A stretch of DNA of 64,000 bases from Candidatus Multivoradales bacterium (GCA_965223855.1 CBDCXM010000008.1:32001-96000); one strand, 5' to 3'. Positions 49,938 to 60,159 are shown, counted from the first letter of the stretch. Notes: generated from the letters alone by a model not told the origin. Translations and numbers: made by a program.

Positions 49938-50062
49938 GGTTGCCTCCTCTCGGCTTCCGATTGATGCCCTTGCCCTCGCGTCTTCGCGGTCCCGCAGAGC
50001 CGGGCCTTGGGAGGCCGGCACGACGCCGGCCGCTACGTCCGGCGTCATTCTAGACCGTGTGA

Positions 50063-51781
50063 TCACGCAGCACCGCGTTTCGAGGATTCAATCAACTCCT
50101 CCGCGTGGGAACGTGCCGTCTCCGTCTGACGGTCGCCGGCCAGCATCCGGGCGATCTCTTCGGTACGCGACGTCTGATCGAGGCGCTCTACAGTCGTTCG
50201 CGTTCGACCGTCGGAGGCCGCCTTGCGCACTCCGAGATGCACGTCGGCGAAACTCGCCACCTGCGGCAGATGCGTCACCGCCAGAACCTGCGACTCCTCT
50301 GCCAGCTCCTGGAGCTTGCGCCCGAGCGCTGATGCCGCTTCGCCGCCGAGGCCTGCGTCCGCTTCGTCGAAGACCATCGTAATGGTCCCCTCGCCGCGAG
50401 TTCTCGCGGCGAGCCTGAGGGCAAGGAAGATGCGGGAAAGCTCGCCCCCGGAAGCGCTGGTGGCGAGAGGGCGCGGCTCTTCGCCGGGGTTCGCAGCCAG
50501 GAAGAGCTCGACGTCGTCGTATCCGAGCGGGCCGAACGCCACGGGGTTTCCTTCGACCCTCAGCGGGCTCGCGGCCTCGCTCCGACGGCGAAGCTCGACG
50601 GAGAGCCGGGCGCGATCGAGTGCCAGGGACGCGAACTCGCGTTGGGTCGCCTCCACCAGCTCCTTCGCCCAGGCCTTGCGCTGCTTCGACAGCCGGGTCG
50701 CAGCCTTCCTGTAGGCCTCGAGGGCCGCCGTCACCTGGTCCTCGAGCGCGGAGCCGTCTTCGAGGTCGGCTTCGAGCCCCTCGAGCTCGGTCGCCGCTTC
50801 CCTGCGATAGTCGAGCACGTCCGCCACCCGCTCCCCGAACTTACGGCGCAGTCTGTCGAGGACCGACAGTCGCTCCTCGACCTGATCGAGCCGGCGCGGA
50901 TCGGCGGCGACCGAGTCGAGCGCGCGCCTCATGCCGTCGGCCGCTTCCTCGAGGCGGATCCTCAGCTCTTCGAGTTCCCGCGACCACGCCTCGGCCTCGG
51001 GCTCCCATTCGGCGATGGTGCGCAGGGCGTTCTCGGCGCGCGCGATCCTCTCGACCGCAGCGCCGTCCTCCTCGGCCAGTTCCAGATGCCCGCGCCCGAG
51101 GACCGAGGCGATCTGCTCGCTATGCCGCAGCCGTGCGCGCTCCGCAGCGAGTTCATCGTCCTCCCCGGCGGTCAGCCCGGCGGAGTCGATCTCACCGATC
51201 TGGAAGCGCAGCAGATCGATCCGCTCCTCGTGCAGTCGGCGGTTGCCGCGCACGCGCTCGAGACGCGTCGCCAGTTCGCGATAGAGCGCGTGCTTGGCAG
51301 CCACCTCGTCGAGCAGAGCCCTCCCCTTCTCGCCGCCGCGCCCGTCGACGAAGTCGCGCTGCGTCTCTGCGGTGGCAAGAGTCAGCTCCTCACGCTGCGC
51401 GTGAAGGTAGAGGCACTCCTCGGTCAGAGCCCGCAGCAGCCTCACGGTTGCCGGTTGATCGTTGACGAAGACGCGATTGCGCCCCTCACGACCGATCTCG
51501 CGCCGGACGACGCACTCGTCGCTCTCTCCTTCGACTCCGGCGTCGTCGAGCACCTCCCGCATCGCGGTCGTCAGGGTGAAGCGACCGATGACGACGAGAC
51601 GGTCGGCTCCGGTCCGCAGCAGGTCGCCCGACGCCCGCGCCCCGCGCAGCAGCGCGAGCGCATCGACGACGATCGACTTGCCGGCTCCGGTCTCGCCGGT
51701 CAGGACGTTGAGACCGCGGTCGAACTCGACGGTCGCCCGCTCGAGAACGGCGAGATTCCTGACGTGGAGGTCGAGGATCAT
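50063..51781 (-). CDS. recN: DNA repair protein RecN
   Basis: 'LTGETGAGKS', 'ASGGELSR', 'FDEADAG' and 'VTHLPQVA'. Confidence 0.95.
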   Translation of the reverse strand: MILDLHVRNLAVLERATVEFDRGLNVLTGETGAGKSIVVDALALLRGARASGDLLRTGADRLVVIGRFTLTTAMREVLDDAGVEGESDECVVRREIGREGRNRVFVNDQPATVRLLRALTEECLYLHAQREELTLATAETQRDFVDGRGGEKGRALLDEVAAKHALYRELATRLERVRGNRRLHEERIDLLRFQIGEIDSAGLTAGEDDELAAERARLRHSEQIASVLGRGHLELAEEDGAAVERIARAENALRTIAEWEPEAEAWSRELEELRIRLEEAADGMRRALDSVAADPRRLDQVEERLSVLDRLRRKFGERVADVLDYRREAATELEGLEADLEDGSALEDQVTAALEAYRKAATRLSKQRKAWAKELVEATQREFASLALDRARLSVELRRRSEAASPLRVEGNPVAFGPLGYDDVELFLAANPGEEPRPLATSASGGELSRIFLALRLAARTRGEGTITMVFDEADAGLGGEAASALGRKLQELAEESQVLAVTHLPQVASFADVHLGVRKAASDGRTRTTVERLDQTSRTEEIARMLAGDRQTETARSHAEELIESSKRGAA

Positions 51782-51787
51782 GGTCGA

Positions 51788-52159
51788 TCAGGCCGAGGGG
51801 ATGAAGTCGGGGTCCTCCTGAGCCCGACGCTCGAAGCTCAGAAAGTCGTAGTAGCCGCAGCGAGTGCTGCCCGGGTACTCACGGCAGATCCCCGGACGGG
51901 CGTCGTAGATGGTGCACTGCCGGGTCTCGCGGTCGAGGAAGCGGCAGACCGAATCGTAGATGTGATCGTGCCGGTGCCGCAGCACCCTCTCGCCCTTCTC
52001 CTCGCCGTCTTTGGTGAAACGCTCTCTGGCCTGCTCGAAGGTCAGTTCGAAGCGTTTCGCCAGCCTGCGGATATCAGCACGCGTCGTGACGATCCGCGGG
52101 TAGGAGCAACAGTACGCCGGGCACTTGTCGCAGTTGTAGAAGACCGGCCGCTTCGCCAA
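51788..52159 (-). CDS. YkgJ family cysteine-cluster (CxxCxxxCC) protein
   Basis: 'CDKCPAYCC', 'CRFLD' and 'CTIYDARPGICREYP'. Confidence 0.85.
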   Translation of the reverse strand: MAKRPVFYNCDKCPAYCCSYPRIVTTRADIRRLAKRFELTFEQARERFTKDGEEKGERVLRHRHDHIYDSVCRFLDRETRQCTIYDARPGICREYPGSTRCGYYDFLSFERRAQEDPDFIPSA

Positions 52160-52171
52160 CGGTCGGCCCGG

Positions 52172-52867
52172 CTACTGGAAGCGGGCGATCAGCGCTTCCG
52201 GATCGTGGAGGCTGATCCGGTGCGTCGGATCGACCGAAATGAAGCCGCTTTCCTTGAAGTCGACGATCACCTGGTTCACCCGCTCGCGGGAGGCTCCGAC
52301 CAGTGAGGCGACGTCCGTCTGGGTGAGGCGCAGCGGGATCCGCATTCCGCGAGGCTCGATCGGCTCGCCGTACTGCTGGGCGAAGGCGACGATCTGGCGA
52401 GCCACCCGCCCCCGGACGTCGAGCGTCGAGAGTGCCTGGATCTGCTCATTCGCCAGCCGCAGGCGGCGGGCGGTGAGCCGCACGAGGTTGTAGGAGAGCT
52501 CGTTGAACTTCTTCAGGCAGCGGTGGAAGGAATCGCGGTCCATCACCAGCGTTTCGCACTTCTCGAGCGTCACGACATTGGCCGACCGGCCGGCGCTGCC
52601 GACCATGCCCATCTCACCGAAGGTGTCACCGGGGCCGAGGAACGCCAGGATGACCTCCGAGCCGTCGATCTGATCGACGAAGATCTTGACGGTGCCTTCG
52701 AGCAGGATGAAGACGAGCTCGCCGCGATCCGCGACCGTGATCACGTTCGTCCCGGCCGGGAAAGACTTCCTGTGGAGCAGCCCGTTGAGTTCCTGCAGAT
52801 CCTCTTTCCGCGCCCCCTGAAACAGTGGGATGTTGGAAAGAATGCCTAGATCTTCGACCGCCGGCAT
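52172..52867 (-). CDS. Crp/Fnr family transcriptional regulator
   Basis: 'FGEMG...RSANV' and 'LTQTDVASLVGASRERVN'. Confidence 0.92.
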   Translation of the reverse strand: MPAVEDLGILSNIPLFQGARKEDLQELNGLLHRKSFPAGTNVITVADRGELVFILLEGTVKIFVDQIDGSEVILAFLGPGDTFGEMGMVGSAGRSANVVTLEKCETLVMDRDSFHRCLKKFNELSYNLVRLTARRLRLANEQIQALSTLDVRGRVARQIVAFAQQYGEPIEPRGMRIPLRLTQTDVASLVGASRERVNQVIVDFKESGFISVDPTHRISLHDPEALIARFQ

Positions 52868-52938
52868 GGTCCTCCTCCTCTCCTCCTCGCGACCAAGCGT
52901 CCCGCCGGCATGTTAGCAGCTCCGGATGGCGCTTCCGG

Positions 52939-53838
52939 TCAGCTCCTGCCGAGGGTCGCGCGCACGACATGGCTGGCAACCTCGGGGTTCTCGCGCATGC
53001 GTCTCATGGAGTACTCGTACCAGTCCGGCCCGTAGGGAACATAGACGCGCAGCCTGTGGCCCTGGTCGACGAGAATCCGGCGCAACGGGTCGTCGACGCC
53101 GAGCAGCATCTGGAACTCGTACTGCGAACGGTCGAGTTGGTAGCGATCGATCAATGCGACCGCCGCACACGCCAGGTACTCGTCGTGGGTTGCGATGCCG
53201 ACGTAGACGCCATGGTCGAAGAGCTTCTCGAGCGCCGCGACGAAGGCGAGGCGCACCGTCTCATACCCTTTCCATGCGGTCTCGCGGGGCTCGATGTAGA
53301 TCCCCTTGCAGATCCGCACGTTCGCCCCCTCTTCCGGCAGGGCGGCGATGTCGTCGAGGGTCCGCCGCATGTAGGCCTGGAAGACGACGCCGAGATTGCC
53401 GTGCCGCTCCTGGAGTTCGCGATAGATCGCGATCGTCGCATCGGTGGTCGTTCGATCCTCCATGTCGATCCGAACGAAGTTGCCGTGTCCCTTGGCGGCC
53501 TCGGCGATGCGCTCGACATTGTCGCGACAGAAACCGTGATCGATCTCCAGCCCCAGCATCGTCAGCTTGATCGAGACGTTGGCATCGACCCCGCGCGCCG
53601 CGATGTCGTCCAGCAGCGCGACGTACTCCCTGGTCGAGGCGAGCGCCTTCTCCCGCTCGGTGACCTCTTCACCCAGAAGGTCGAGCGTCGCCATGCACCC
53701 TTCCGAGTTGAGCCGCTCGGCGACGTCGAGCGCGGCGGAGCGGTCGGAGCCGGCGACGTACTTGCCCGCCACTTTCCCCACCAGCGCCCTCGGCACCAGC
53801 GGCAGCGTCAGCAACACCAGGCGGCTGAAGACGCTCAC
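52939..53838 (-). CDS. Monofunctional proline dehydrogenase
   Basis: 'SIKLTMLG', 'RIDMED', 'RICKGIY', 'IATHD', 'EFQMLLG' and 'YVPYG...RRMRE'. Confidence 0.9.
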   Translation of the reverse strand: MSVFSRLVLLTLPLVPRALVGKVAGKYVAGSDRSAALDVAERLNSEGCMATLDLLGEEVTEREKALASTREYVALLDDIAARGVDANVSIKLTMLGLEIDHGFCRDNVERIAEAAKGHGNFVRIDMEDRTTTDATIAIYRELQERHGNLGVVFQAYMRRTLDDIAALPEEGANVRICKGIYIEPRETAWKGYETVRLAFVAALEKLFDHGVYVGIATHDEYLACAAVALIDRYQLDRSQYEFQMLLGVDDPLRRILVDQGHRLRVYVPYGPDWYEYSMRRMRENPEVASHVVRATLGRS

Positions 53839-53856
53839 CGACGCTCTCGGATCGCC

Positions 53857-55182
53857 CTAGTTGCCGTTGACTGCGGCAGCCGAGTCGTCCGCGACCCAGC
53901 GCACCGACTTGGAGCAGGGGCAGGCGCCGCCGACTCTTCGCAGGGACGGCATTTCCCGGGCCGCGTCGGCCGCTGTCAGCTCACCGCTGTCGATGCGCTC
54001 GAGCTGCTCGGCATAGTCGCGGAAGTCGCTGCTCGCGCGGTAGGCGTCCGGCAGATGCTTGCGCAGGTGGTGGAGATAGGAGCTGGCATCGCCGAAGGAC
54101 TCGCCGTCCCAGCCGGTGAGCTCGAAGGCCGGTTCGCCGCGACGCCGGAAGAAGTGCCGGTGCGGCATGTGCACGAGATCGCTCCAGGCGATCCCGCGAA
54201 CGGTGTCGCCGTCGGTGAGGATCCTCTCGAGGACCTCTTCGGCCTCAGCGAGCTTGAGTTCCGGCAGGCGGGCACGGACGTAGCGCATGTTGAGATCGCG
54301 AATCAACTTGCCGATCTCCTCGATGTAGAGGTCCTGCGCCTCGCGATTCTTCAACGGCTTGAGGCCGTAGCGAACGTTGGTGCCGCCACCGCGCTCGTCG
54401 CCGAACATCTCGAGGCCCCGCGGCAGCCACTTGTTGAGCGTCCGCTGAATGTCCTCGGTGGTGACGTAGACACCGCCGCGCGCCGCGTCCTCCATCCACC
54501 GACGCAACGGCACGACGCCCGCCGCCAGGTGGAACGCCTCCTCGCGGAGCATCTTGGGCATCGACTCGGCGTACGGCTTGTAGGCGCTGATCTTCTGCAT
54601 GTCGAGCTGGTACTTGCCGACCCGGTCGATCAATGCGCAGAAGACGGCGTTGTCGACGAAGGAATCGAACTCGATGTTGAAGGCGCCCAGCACGTGCGAG
54701 CCGGTCGTCATCGAGAGAATCTCTTCGACGAGATCGGGGCCCTTGGTATCGGACACGCTGCTCCAGTCGTCCTCCAGGAGCAGATGCAGCATCTGGTAGC
54801 CGTGCCGGAGCTCTTCCGCCATCATGCGCAGAATCCAGATCTGGTCCTTCTCGCTCTGCGCCCGCGCCAGAGTCAGGCGGTGCTGCTGAATCGAGCCGAA
54901 CTCGGTGCTCGCCTGGGCGGTGATCGCTCCGAGAAGATGGGCCGCCTGCTTCGGGTCCAGGTCGGCGGCGCGGGTGAACTTCGGCTGCCCCTTGAGGTCG
55001 CCGCATTCGATCTCGTCGCAGATCCCGAGCTCGCGGTAGGCACACGCCTCGAAGCGCGGCTCCTTGGGGAAGTGCTTCTCCCAGTTGTCCATCAGGAAGC
55101 CGTAGTCGGGCAGGAACGTGTCCCGCCACTTGATCACGGCGTCGTGGTATTTCTTCGGCAGGTGCGTCTTACTGGTCGCCAT
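53857..55182 (-). CDS. BoxB/PaaA-like ferritin-fold diiron protein (aromatic-CoA epoxidase-like)
   Basis: 'QASTEFGSIQQ', 'EELRH', 'VLGAFN', 'IDRVGKYQL' and 'MLREEAFH' parallel the BoxB diiron motifs. Confidence 0.7.
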   Translation of the reverse strand: MATSKTHLPKKYHDAVIKWRDTFLPDYGFLMDNWEKHFPKEPRFEACAYRELGICDEIECGDLKGQPKFTRAADLDPKQAAHLLGAITAQASTEFGSIQQHRLTLARAQSEKDQIWILRMMAEELRHGYQMLHLLLEDDWSSVSDTKGPDLVEEILSMTTGSHVLGAFNIEFDSFVDNAVFCALIDRVGKYQLDMQKISAYKPYAESMPKMLREEAFHLAAGVVPLRRWMEDAARGGVYVTTEDIQRTLNKWLPRGLEMFGDERGGGTNVRYGLKPLKNREAQDLYIEEIGKLIRDLNMRYVRARLPELKLAEAEEVLERILTDGDTVRGIAWSDLVHMPHRHFFRRRGEPAFELTGWDGESFGDASSYLHHLRKHLPDAYRASSDFRDYAEQLERIDSGELTAADAAREMPSLRRVGGACPCSKSVRWVADDSAAAVNGN

Positions 55183-55636
55183 CGATGGCTCCTTTGCCGA
55201 GCGACTTGAAGAAAGGCGTCAGGCCGGCGTGCTCGAAGCCGAGCGCCTTGAAGAATTCCGCGATCCCCGGGGCCTGCTCGTCGACCATCGTGCGCACGCC
55301 GGTGGCGCCGCGACTCTCGAAGTACTCGAGCATCGCATCCGCCAGGCGACGCCCGATCGCCTGCCCCCGGACGTCGGGATCGACGCCCATCACTTCGATC
55401 CACCCGGTCGCCTCCTCGAGTCCGAACTCACCGGAGCGGACCTCGCCCAGCATGAAACCGACGATCTTGCCGCCGGCCTCCGCGACGAGCGAAGCGTCCG
55501 GGTCGCGACGCAGGTAGTAGCCCAGGCGGGTCTCCCAGACCGTTGGCCGGTACTCACCGAGAATCTTCTCGTCGAGACCGGTGATCGCACCGAAATCGGT
55601 GTCTTCGAGCGGACGAATCTTCACTTCGGTCGTCAT
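55169..55636 (-). CDS. GNAT family acetyltransferase
   Basis: 'WIEVMGVDPDVRGQAIGRRL...FFKALGF'. Confidence 0.85.
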   Translation of the reverse strand: MTTEVKIRPLEDTDFGAITGLDEKILGEYRPTVWETRLGYYLRRDPDASLVAEAGGKIVGFMLGEVRSGEFGLEEATGWIEVMGVDPDVRGQAIGRRLADAMLEYFESRGATGVRTMVDEQAPGIAEFFKALGFEHAGLTPFFKSLGKGAIDGDQ

Positions 55637-56649
55637 GAGGGATCCAGCAACTCTCTGTTCGGGGATGCGCCGGAAGGTGTTGCCCGGCGCTCTTCGATTG
55701 TAACGGCCGTCTCGGCGCGGCGCAAAGGCGCTGCAGCCGAGGCCGGCTCGTTGCCGACGTGCTCGTGGGCATGGTAGCTGCTGCGGACCAGAGGCCCGGA
55801 CTCGCAGTGCGTGAAGCCGAGCTCGAGGGCCAGCCGCCGGTAGTCGTCGAACTCCTCCGGCGGGACCCAGCGATCCACCGGCAGATGTTCCCGGGTCGGC
55901 TGCATGTACTGACCGAGCGTCATGACCTCGACCCCGGCGGCTCGAATCTCTGCGAGAACCGTCTCGACCTCTTCGCGTTCTTCGCCGAGGCCGAGCATGA
56001 TCCCCGTCTTGAGGACTCCGTCGTACTCGCCCCGCGCTTTGCTGGCCGCCGCGTCGGCGAGGAGGCCGAGGGACCGGTCCCACCGGCTCCCGGGACGCGC
56101 CTGGCGGTAGAGGCGCGGCACCGTCTCCATGTTGTGAGAGAAGACCTCCGGCCCGGCGCCCAGCACGATGTCCAGAGCCTCCGGCACACCGCGGAAGTCG
56201 GGCGTCAGCACCTCGACCGCGCAGCCGGCGACCCGCTCGTGAATTGCCCGGATCACGTCGGCGAAGTGCCGCGCGCCGCCGTCCGGCAGATCGTCGCGAT
56301 CGACCGAAGTGATCACCGCATGCCGCAACCCCATCGCCTCGACCGCCTCGGCCACATGAGCCGGCTCCAGCTCGTCGACCCCGGGGTTGGGTCGCCCGGA
56401 AGTCACCGCGCAGAAACCACAGCGACGGGTGCAGATGTCCCCGAGGATCATCAACGTCGCGGTGCCGTGCTCACCCCAGCACTCGTAGATGTTCGGGCAG
56501 CGCGCCTCCTGACAGACCGTGTGGAGATCGAGCCGCTCCACGAGCTTGCGCACCTCGTGATAGCGCCGAGGCGTCTCGAGGCGAATCTTCAGCCACTCCG
56601 GCCGCGGCTCGCGCCGGCTCCGGCCGATCTGTACCAGCCCCTCACTCAC
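55633..56649 (-). CDS. lipA: Lipoyl synthase
   Basis: 'CQEARCPNIYEC', 'CTRRCGFC' and 'VRSSYHA'. Confidence 0.96.
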   Translation of the reverse strand: MSEGLVQIGRSRREPRPEWLKIRLETPRRYHEVRKLVERLDLHTVCQEARCPNIYECWGEHGTATLMILGDICTRRCGFCAVTSGRPNPGVDELEPAHVAEAVEAMGLRHAVITSVDRDDLPDGGARHFADVIRAIHERVAGCAVEVLTPDFRGVPEALDIVLGAGPEVFSHNMETVPRLYRQARPGSRWDRSLGLLADAAASKARGEYDGVLKTGIMLGLGEEREEVETVLAEIRAAGVEVMTLGQYMQPTREHLPVDRWVPPEEFDDYRRLALELGFTHCESGPLVRSSYHAHEHVGNEPASAAAPLRRAETAVTIEERRATPSGASPNRELLDPS

Positions 56650-56684
56650 GGACCCAGTCTATCGGGAGCGGAGGTCCGACGGCA

Positions 56685-57545
56685 TCACCGTGGGACCAGA
56701 TCGAAGCCGACGTCGAATGACGGCGAGCTGTGGGTCAGCGCTCCCACCGAGATCAGATCGACACCGCTGGCGGCGATCGCGGCGATCGTCTCGGAGTTCA
56801 CCCCTCCGGATGCCTCCGTCACCATCCGCCCGGCGACCCGTTCGACCGCCTCCCGCAGGATTTCGGGGGCCATGTTGTCGAGCAACACCGCATCGCCGCC
56901 GGCGGCGATCACTTCTTCGAGCTGCTCGAGGTCGTCGACCTCGACTTCGATCGTCACCGTGTGACCGACCGCGGAACGCACACGTTCGATCGCGGCCGCG
57001 ACCGAACCCACTGCAGCCAGGTGGTTGTCCTTGATCAGGACGGCGTCGTCGAGAGCGAAGCGATGATTCCCGCCACCGCCGACCCGCACGGCGTACTTCT
57101 CGAGCGCCCGAAGCCCAGGGGTGGTCTTGCGCGTGTCGATCACCCGCGCACCACTCCCCTCGACCTTGCGGACGAGCTCGCGGGTCGCGGTCGAGATCCC
57201 GGAGAGCCGGCCGACCAGGTTGAGCGCCGTGCGCTCCGCGGCGAGAAGCGCCCGGGTTCTGCCCTCGATGCGAGCGAGCACCGTGCCGGCTTCGACGTCG
57301 TCGCCATCGGCAGCCAGCGCCGTCCACGCCGCCTCCGGGTCGAGACGCTCGAAGGCAAGGCGGGCCCCCTCGAGCCCGCACACCCTGCCCTCCTCGCGGG
57401 CGACGATTTCTCCGGCGTCTCGCTGAGCGGCCGGCAGCAGGCTGTCGCTCGTCAGATCGCCAGCCCTGCCGAGGTCTTCCTCGAGGGCGCTCTCGATGAC
57501 GCGGATCGCCGCTCGAAGGGGCAGGCTCAGTTGTAGCGAGTTCAT
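56685..57545 (-). CDS. nadC: Nicotinate-nucleotide pyrophosphorylase
   Basis: 'EDLG..GDLT', 'DTRKTTPG', 'KDNH' and 'EASGG'. Confidence 0.95.
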   Translation of the reverse strand: MNSLQLSLPLRAAIRVIESALEEDLGRAGDLTSDSLLPAAQRDAGEIVAREEGRVCGLEGARLAFERLDPEAAWTALAADGDDVEAGTVLARIEGRTRALLAAERTALNLVGRLSGISTATRELVRKVEGSGARVIDTRKTTPGLRALEKYAVRVGGGGNHRFALDDAVLIKDNHLAAVGSVAAAIERVRSAVGHTVTIEVEVDDLEQLEEVIAAGGDAVLLDNMAPEILREAVERVAGRMVTEASGGVNSETIAAIAASGVDLISVGALTHSSPSFDVGFDLVPR

Positions 57546-59128
57546 CTGCCCACCGCCACGGATCGGGAAGGAGCGAGGTGGGGCTCGAACTCCGGCTGCC
57601 ACGGCGCCGTCGCCATGCTTCCGGCCCAGCGAACCTCGTCTTCCGCCACGGACGCGGGGCGGTCGCGGCGGAAGTGGCTGCCGCGAGACTCGGCGCGACG
57701 GCGTGCCCAGGCGGCCACGAGACTCGCCACCGTCCACAGATTGCGGGTCGTCGGATGAGCGCTGTCCGCCCTCTCTTCGAGCCTCGCCAATCGGGTCAGT
57801 GCCTCGTCGAGCCCGGAGGCGCTCCGAATCACTCCCAGGTGCTGGCTCGCGAGGGCACGAATCTCCTCCTCGAGACCGAAGTCACGGGCAGGGAAGTCGG
57901 CGCTGGCGGGGAGCGCGACGAGCGGCACGGGGGCTTCGAAGGCTCGGGCGACGAGATCGGCGGCCACGCGATCTCCGGCCACCAGGCACTCGAGCAGCGA
58001 GTTGCTCGCCAGCCGATTGCCGCCGTGGAGCCCGGTCGAGGCGACCTCCCCCGCCGCCCACAGGCCGGCGAGCGAGGTGCGCCCGTCGAGATCGGTCGCC
58101 ACCCCACCCATGTGGTAGTGCGCTGCCGGTCGCACAGGCAGAAGGTCGCGCCGCGGGTCGAGACCGTGTTCGCGGCAGGACGAAAACGCCGTCGGGAAGC
58201 GAGTCGGGAAGTCCTCGGGAGCGACCGATCGGGCATCGAGGTACACCTCGTGCCCTTCCTCCAGCTGCCGGGCGATCGCCCGCGCGACGATGTCTCGAGG
58301 TGCCAGCTCCGCCCGTTCGTCGATCCCGGTCATGAAGCGTCGACCCTGCTCGTCGACGAGGAGGGCGCCGGCCCCTCGCAGCGCCTCGGTCAGCAGCGGG
58401 CGCGGGTCACGATCGACAGCCAGCGCCGTCGGGTGAAACTGCACGAACTCGAGATCGATCAGCTTCGCTCCGGCCCGGGCCGCCATCGCCAGACCATCTC
58501 CGGTGGAGGTCGAGGGGTTCGTCGTATCGGCGAACACCTGGCCGATACCTCCGGTGGCGAGGACTACTGCGGGAGCGCTGTAGATGACACGTCCGACCTT
58601 GTCGTGCTCCGCTTCGACCCCCGCCACCCGCCCGTCACGCACCACCAGATCGAGGGCTCGCGCCGGCGCCACGGTGACGTGATCGCTCGCTGCGACGGCA
58701 CGACCGAGCGTCCGAGCGACCATCGCACCCGTGCGGTCGCCGCTCGCGTGAACGATCCGAGCCGCCGAATGCGCCGCCTCCCGCCCCAGGCTGAGGGCAC
58801 CGTCGGCGCCACGATCGAAACGTGCCCCAAGCTGCTCCAGACGCCAGATCCATTCGGGAGCCGCCGCCGTGACCGCATCGACGACCGATCGGTCAGCCAG
58901 GCCCGCCGCCGCGGCCACGGTGTCTGCGGCATGCGCGGCCGTTGAGTCGCCGTCGCCGATCGCTGCGGCGATGCCGCCTTGCGCCATCGCGGTCGAGCCG
59001 TCCGCCCCACCCTCGACCCGCGCCAGTACTCGGACGTCGAGCCCCCTGCAGCCGAGCGCCGCGGCGAGGCCGGCGGCGCCGCCCCCGACGATGACGACAT
59101 CCGCCGGAACCACCTTCATCGCGGTCAT
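57542..59128 (-). CDS. nadB: L-aspartate oxidase
   Basis: 'AQGGIAAA', 'QFHPT', 'TEALRG', 'AHYHMGG' and 'GNRLASNSL'. Confidence 0.93.
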   Translation of the reverse strand: MTAMKVVPADVVIVGGGAAGLAAALGCRGLDVRVLARVEGGADGSTAMAQGGIAAAIGDGDSTAAHAADTVAAAAGLADRSVVDAVTAAAPEWIWRLEQLGARFDRGADGALSLGREAAHSAARIVHASGDRTGAMVARTLGRAVAASDHVTVAPARALDLVVRDGRVAGVEAEHDKVGRVIYSAPAVVLATGGIGQVFADTTNPSTSTGDGLAMAARAGAKLIDLEFVQFHPTALAVDRDPRPLLTEALRGAGALLVDEQGRRFMTGIDERAELAPRDIVARAIARQLEEGHEVYLDARSVAPEDFPTRFPTAFSSCREHGLDPRRDLLPVRPAAHYHMGGVATDLDGRTSLAGLWAAGEVASTGLHGGNRLASNSLLECLVAGDRVAADLVARAFEAPVPLVALPASADFPARDFGLEEEIRALASQHLGVIRSASGLDEALTRLARLEERADSAHPTTRNLWTVASLVAAWARRRAESRGSHFRRDRPASVAEDEVRWAGSMATAPWQPEFEPHLAPSRSVAVGR

Positions 59129-60126
59129 CGGTAGCTCCTCACGGCGAGCATCCGCTCGACGGCGATGCGCGCGCGCTCGGCCACCTCGACGGGCACCTCG
59201 ATCTGCGGCGTCATCGACTCGAGAGCCGCAGCGATCTTCGGCAGGGTCACCCGCTTCATGTGCGGGCAGAGGTTGCACGGCCGATGAAACTTCACGTCCG
59301 GCAGCTCGACCGCGACGTTGTCGCTCATCGAGCACTCGGTCACCATCAGCACCTCCTGCGGCCGGACGGTGCGCACATGATCGATCATGCGCGCGGTCGA
59401 GCCGACGAAATCGGCTTCCGCCAGCACCTCGGGCGGGCACTCCGGGTGGGCGACGATCTCGATCCCCGGGCGGTCCTGCCTGTAGGCCCGCAGATCCTCC
59501 GCCTCGAACCGCTCGTGAACCTCACAGTGCCCGTTCCAGAGGATCACCTCGACGTCGGTCTGCGACGCGACGTAGCGCCCCAGATATTCGTCGGGCAGGA
59601 AGATCACCCTGTCCGAGCCGAGTGACTCCACCACCGCCACGGCGTTGGCCGAGGTGCAGCAGATGTCCGACTCCGCCTTCACCGCCGCCGACGTGTTGAC
59701 GTAGGTGACGACCGGAACTCCGGGATGACGCGCTCGGAGCGCCCGGATGTCCGCCGCGCGAATCGACTCCGCGAGCGAGCATCCCGCCGCGAGATCGGGC
59801 AGCAGTACCGTCTTCTCGGGGCTCAGAATCTTGGCCGTCTCGGCCATGAAGTGCACCCCGCAGACGACGAGCACCTCGGCCTCCGTCTCGGCTCCGGCAT
59901 AGGCCATGGCGAGCGAGTCGCCGGTGAAGTCGGCCACCCCGTGGAAGATCTCCGGAGTCTGGTAGTTGTGCGCCAGGACGAAGGCGCCGCGCTCGCGCTT
60001 CCAGCGTTCGATCTCGGCGATCCAGGGCTCGTGGACCGCCCACTCGAGGGGCGGGACGACCCCGGCGAGGCGATTGCCAAGATCGGCGGTGCGAGATGAG
60101 ACGGCGGCGGCTTGCGGTGCGGGCAT
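59125..60126 (-). CDS. nadA: Quinolinate synthase
   Basis: 'LAHNYQ', 'CGVHFMAETAK', 'GCSLA', 'CEVH', 'AHPEC' and 'CPHMK'. Confidence 0.95.
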   Translation of the reverse strand: MPAPQAAAVSSRTADLGNRLAGVVPPLEWAVHEPWIAEIERWKRERGAFVLAHNYQTPEIFHGVADFTGDSLAMAYAGAETEAEVLVVCGVHFMAETAKILSPEKTVLLPDLAAGCSLAESIRAADIRALRARHPGVPVVTYVNTSAAVKAESDICCTSANAVAVVESLGSDRVIFLPDEYLGRYVASQTDVEVILWNGHCEVHERFEAEDLRAYRQDRPGIEIVAHPECPPEVLAEADFVGSTARMIDHVRTVRPQEVLMVTECSMSDNVAVELPDVKFHRPCNLCPHMKRVTLPKIAAALESMTPQIEVPVEVAERARIAVERMLAVRSYR

Positions 60127-60138
60127 GATCGACCTCCG

Positions 60139-60159
60139 AAATGCTCGTTTTGAGAATTA
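60139..60159. promoter_or_regulatory. NadQ/NrtR operator, proximal copy
   Basis: AAATGCTCGTTTTGAGAATTA, an imperfect ATGCTC-N5-GAGCAT palindrome next to the nadA RBS. Confidence 0.7.
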
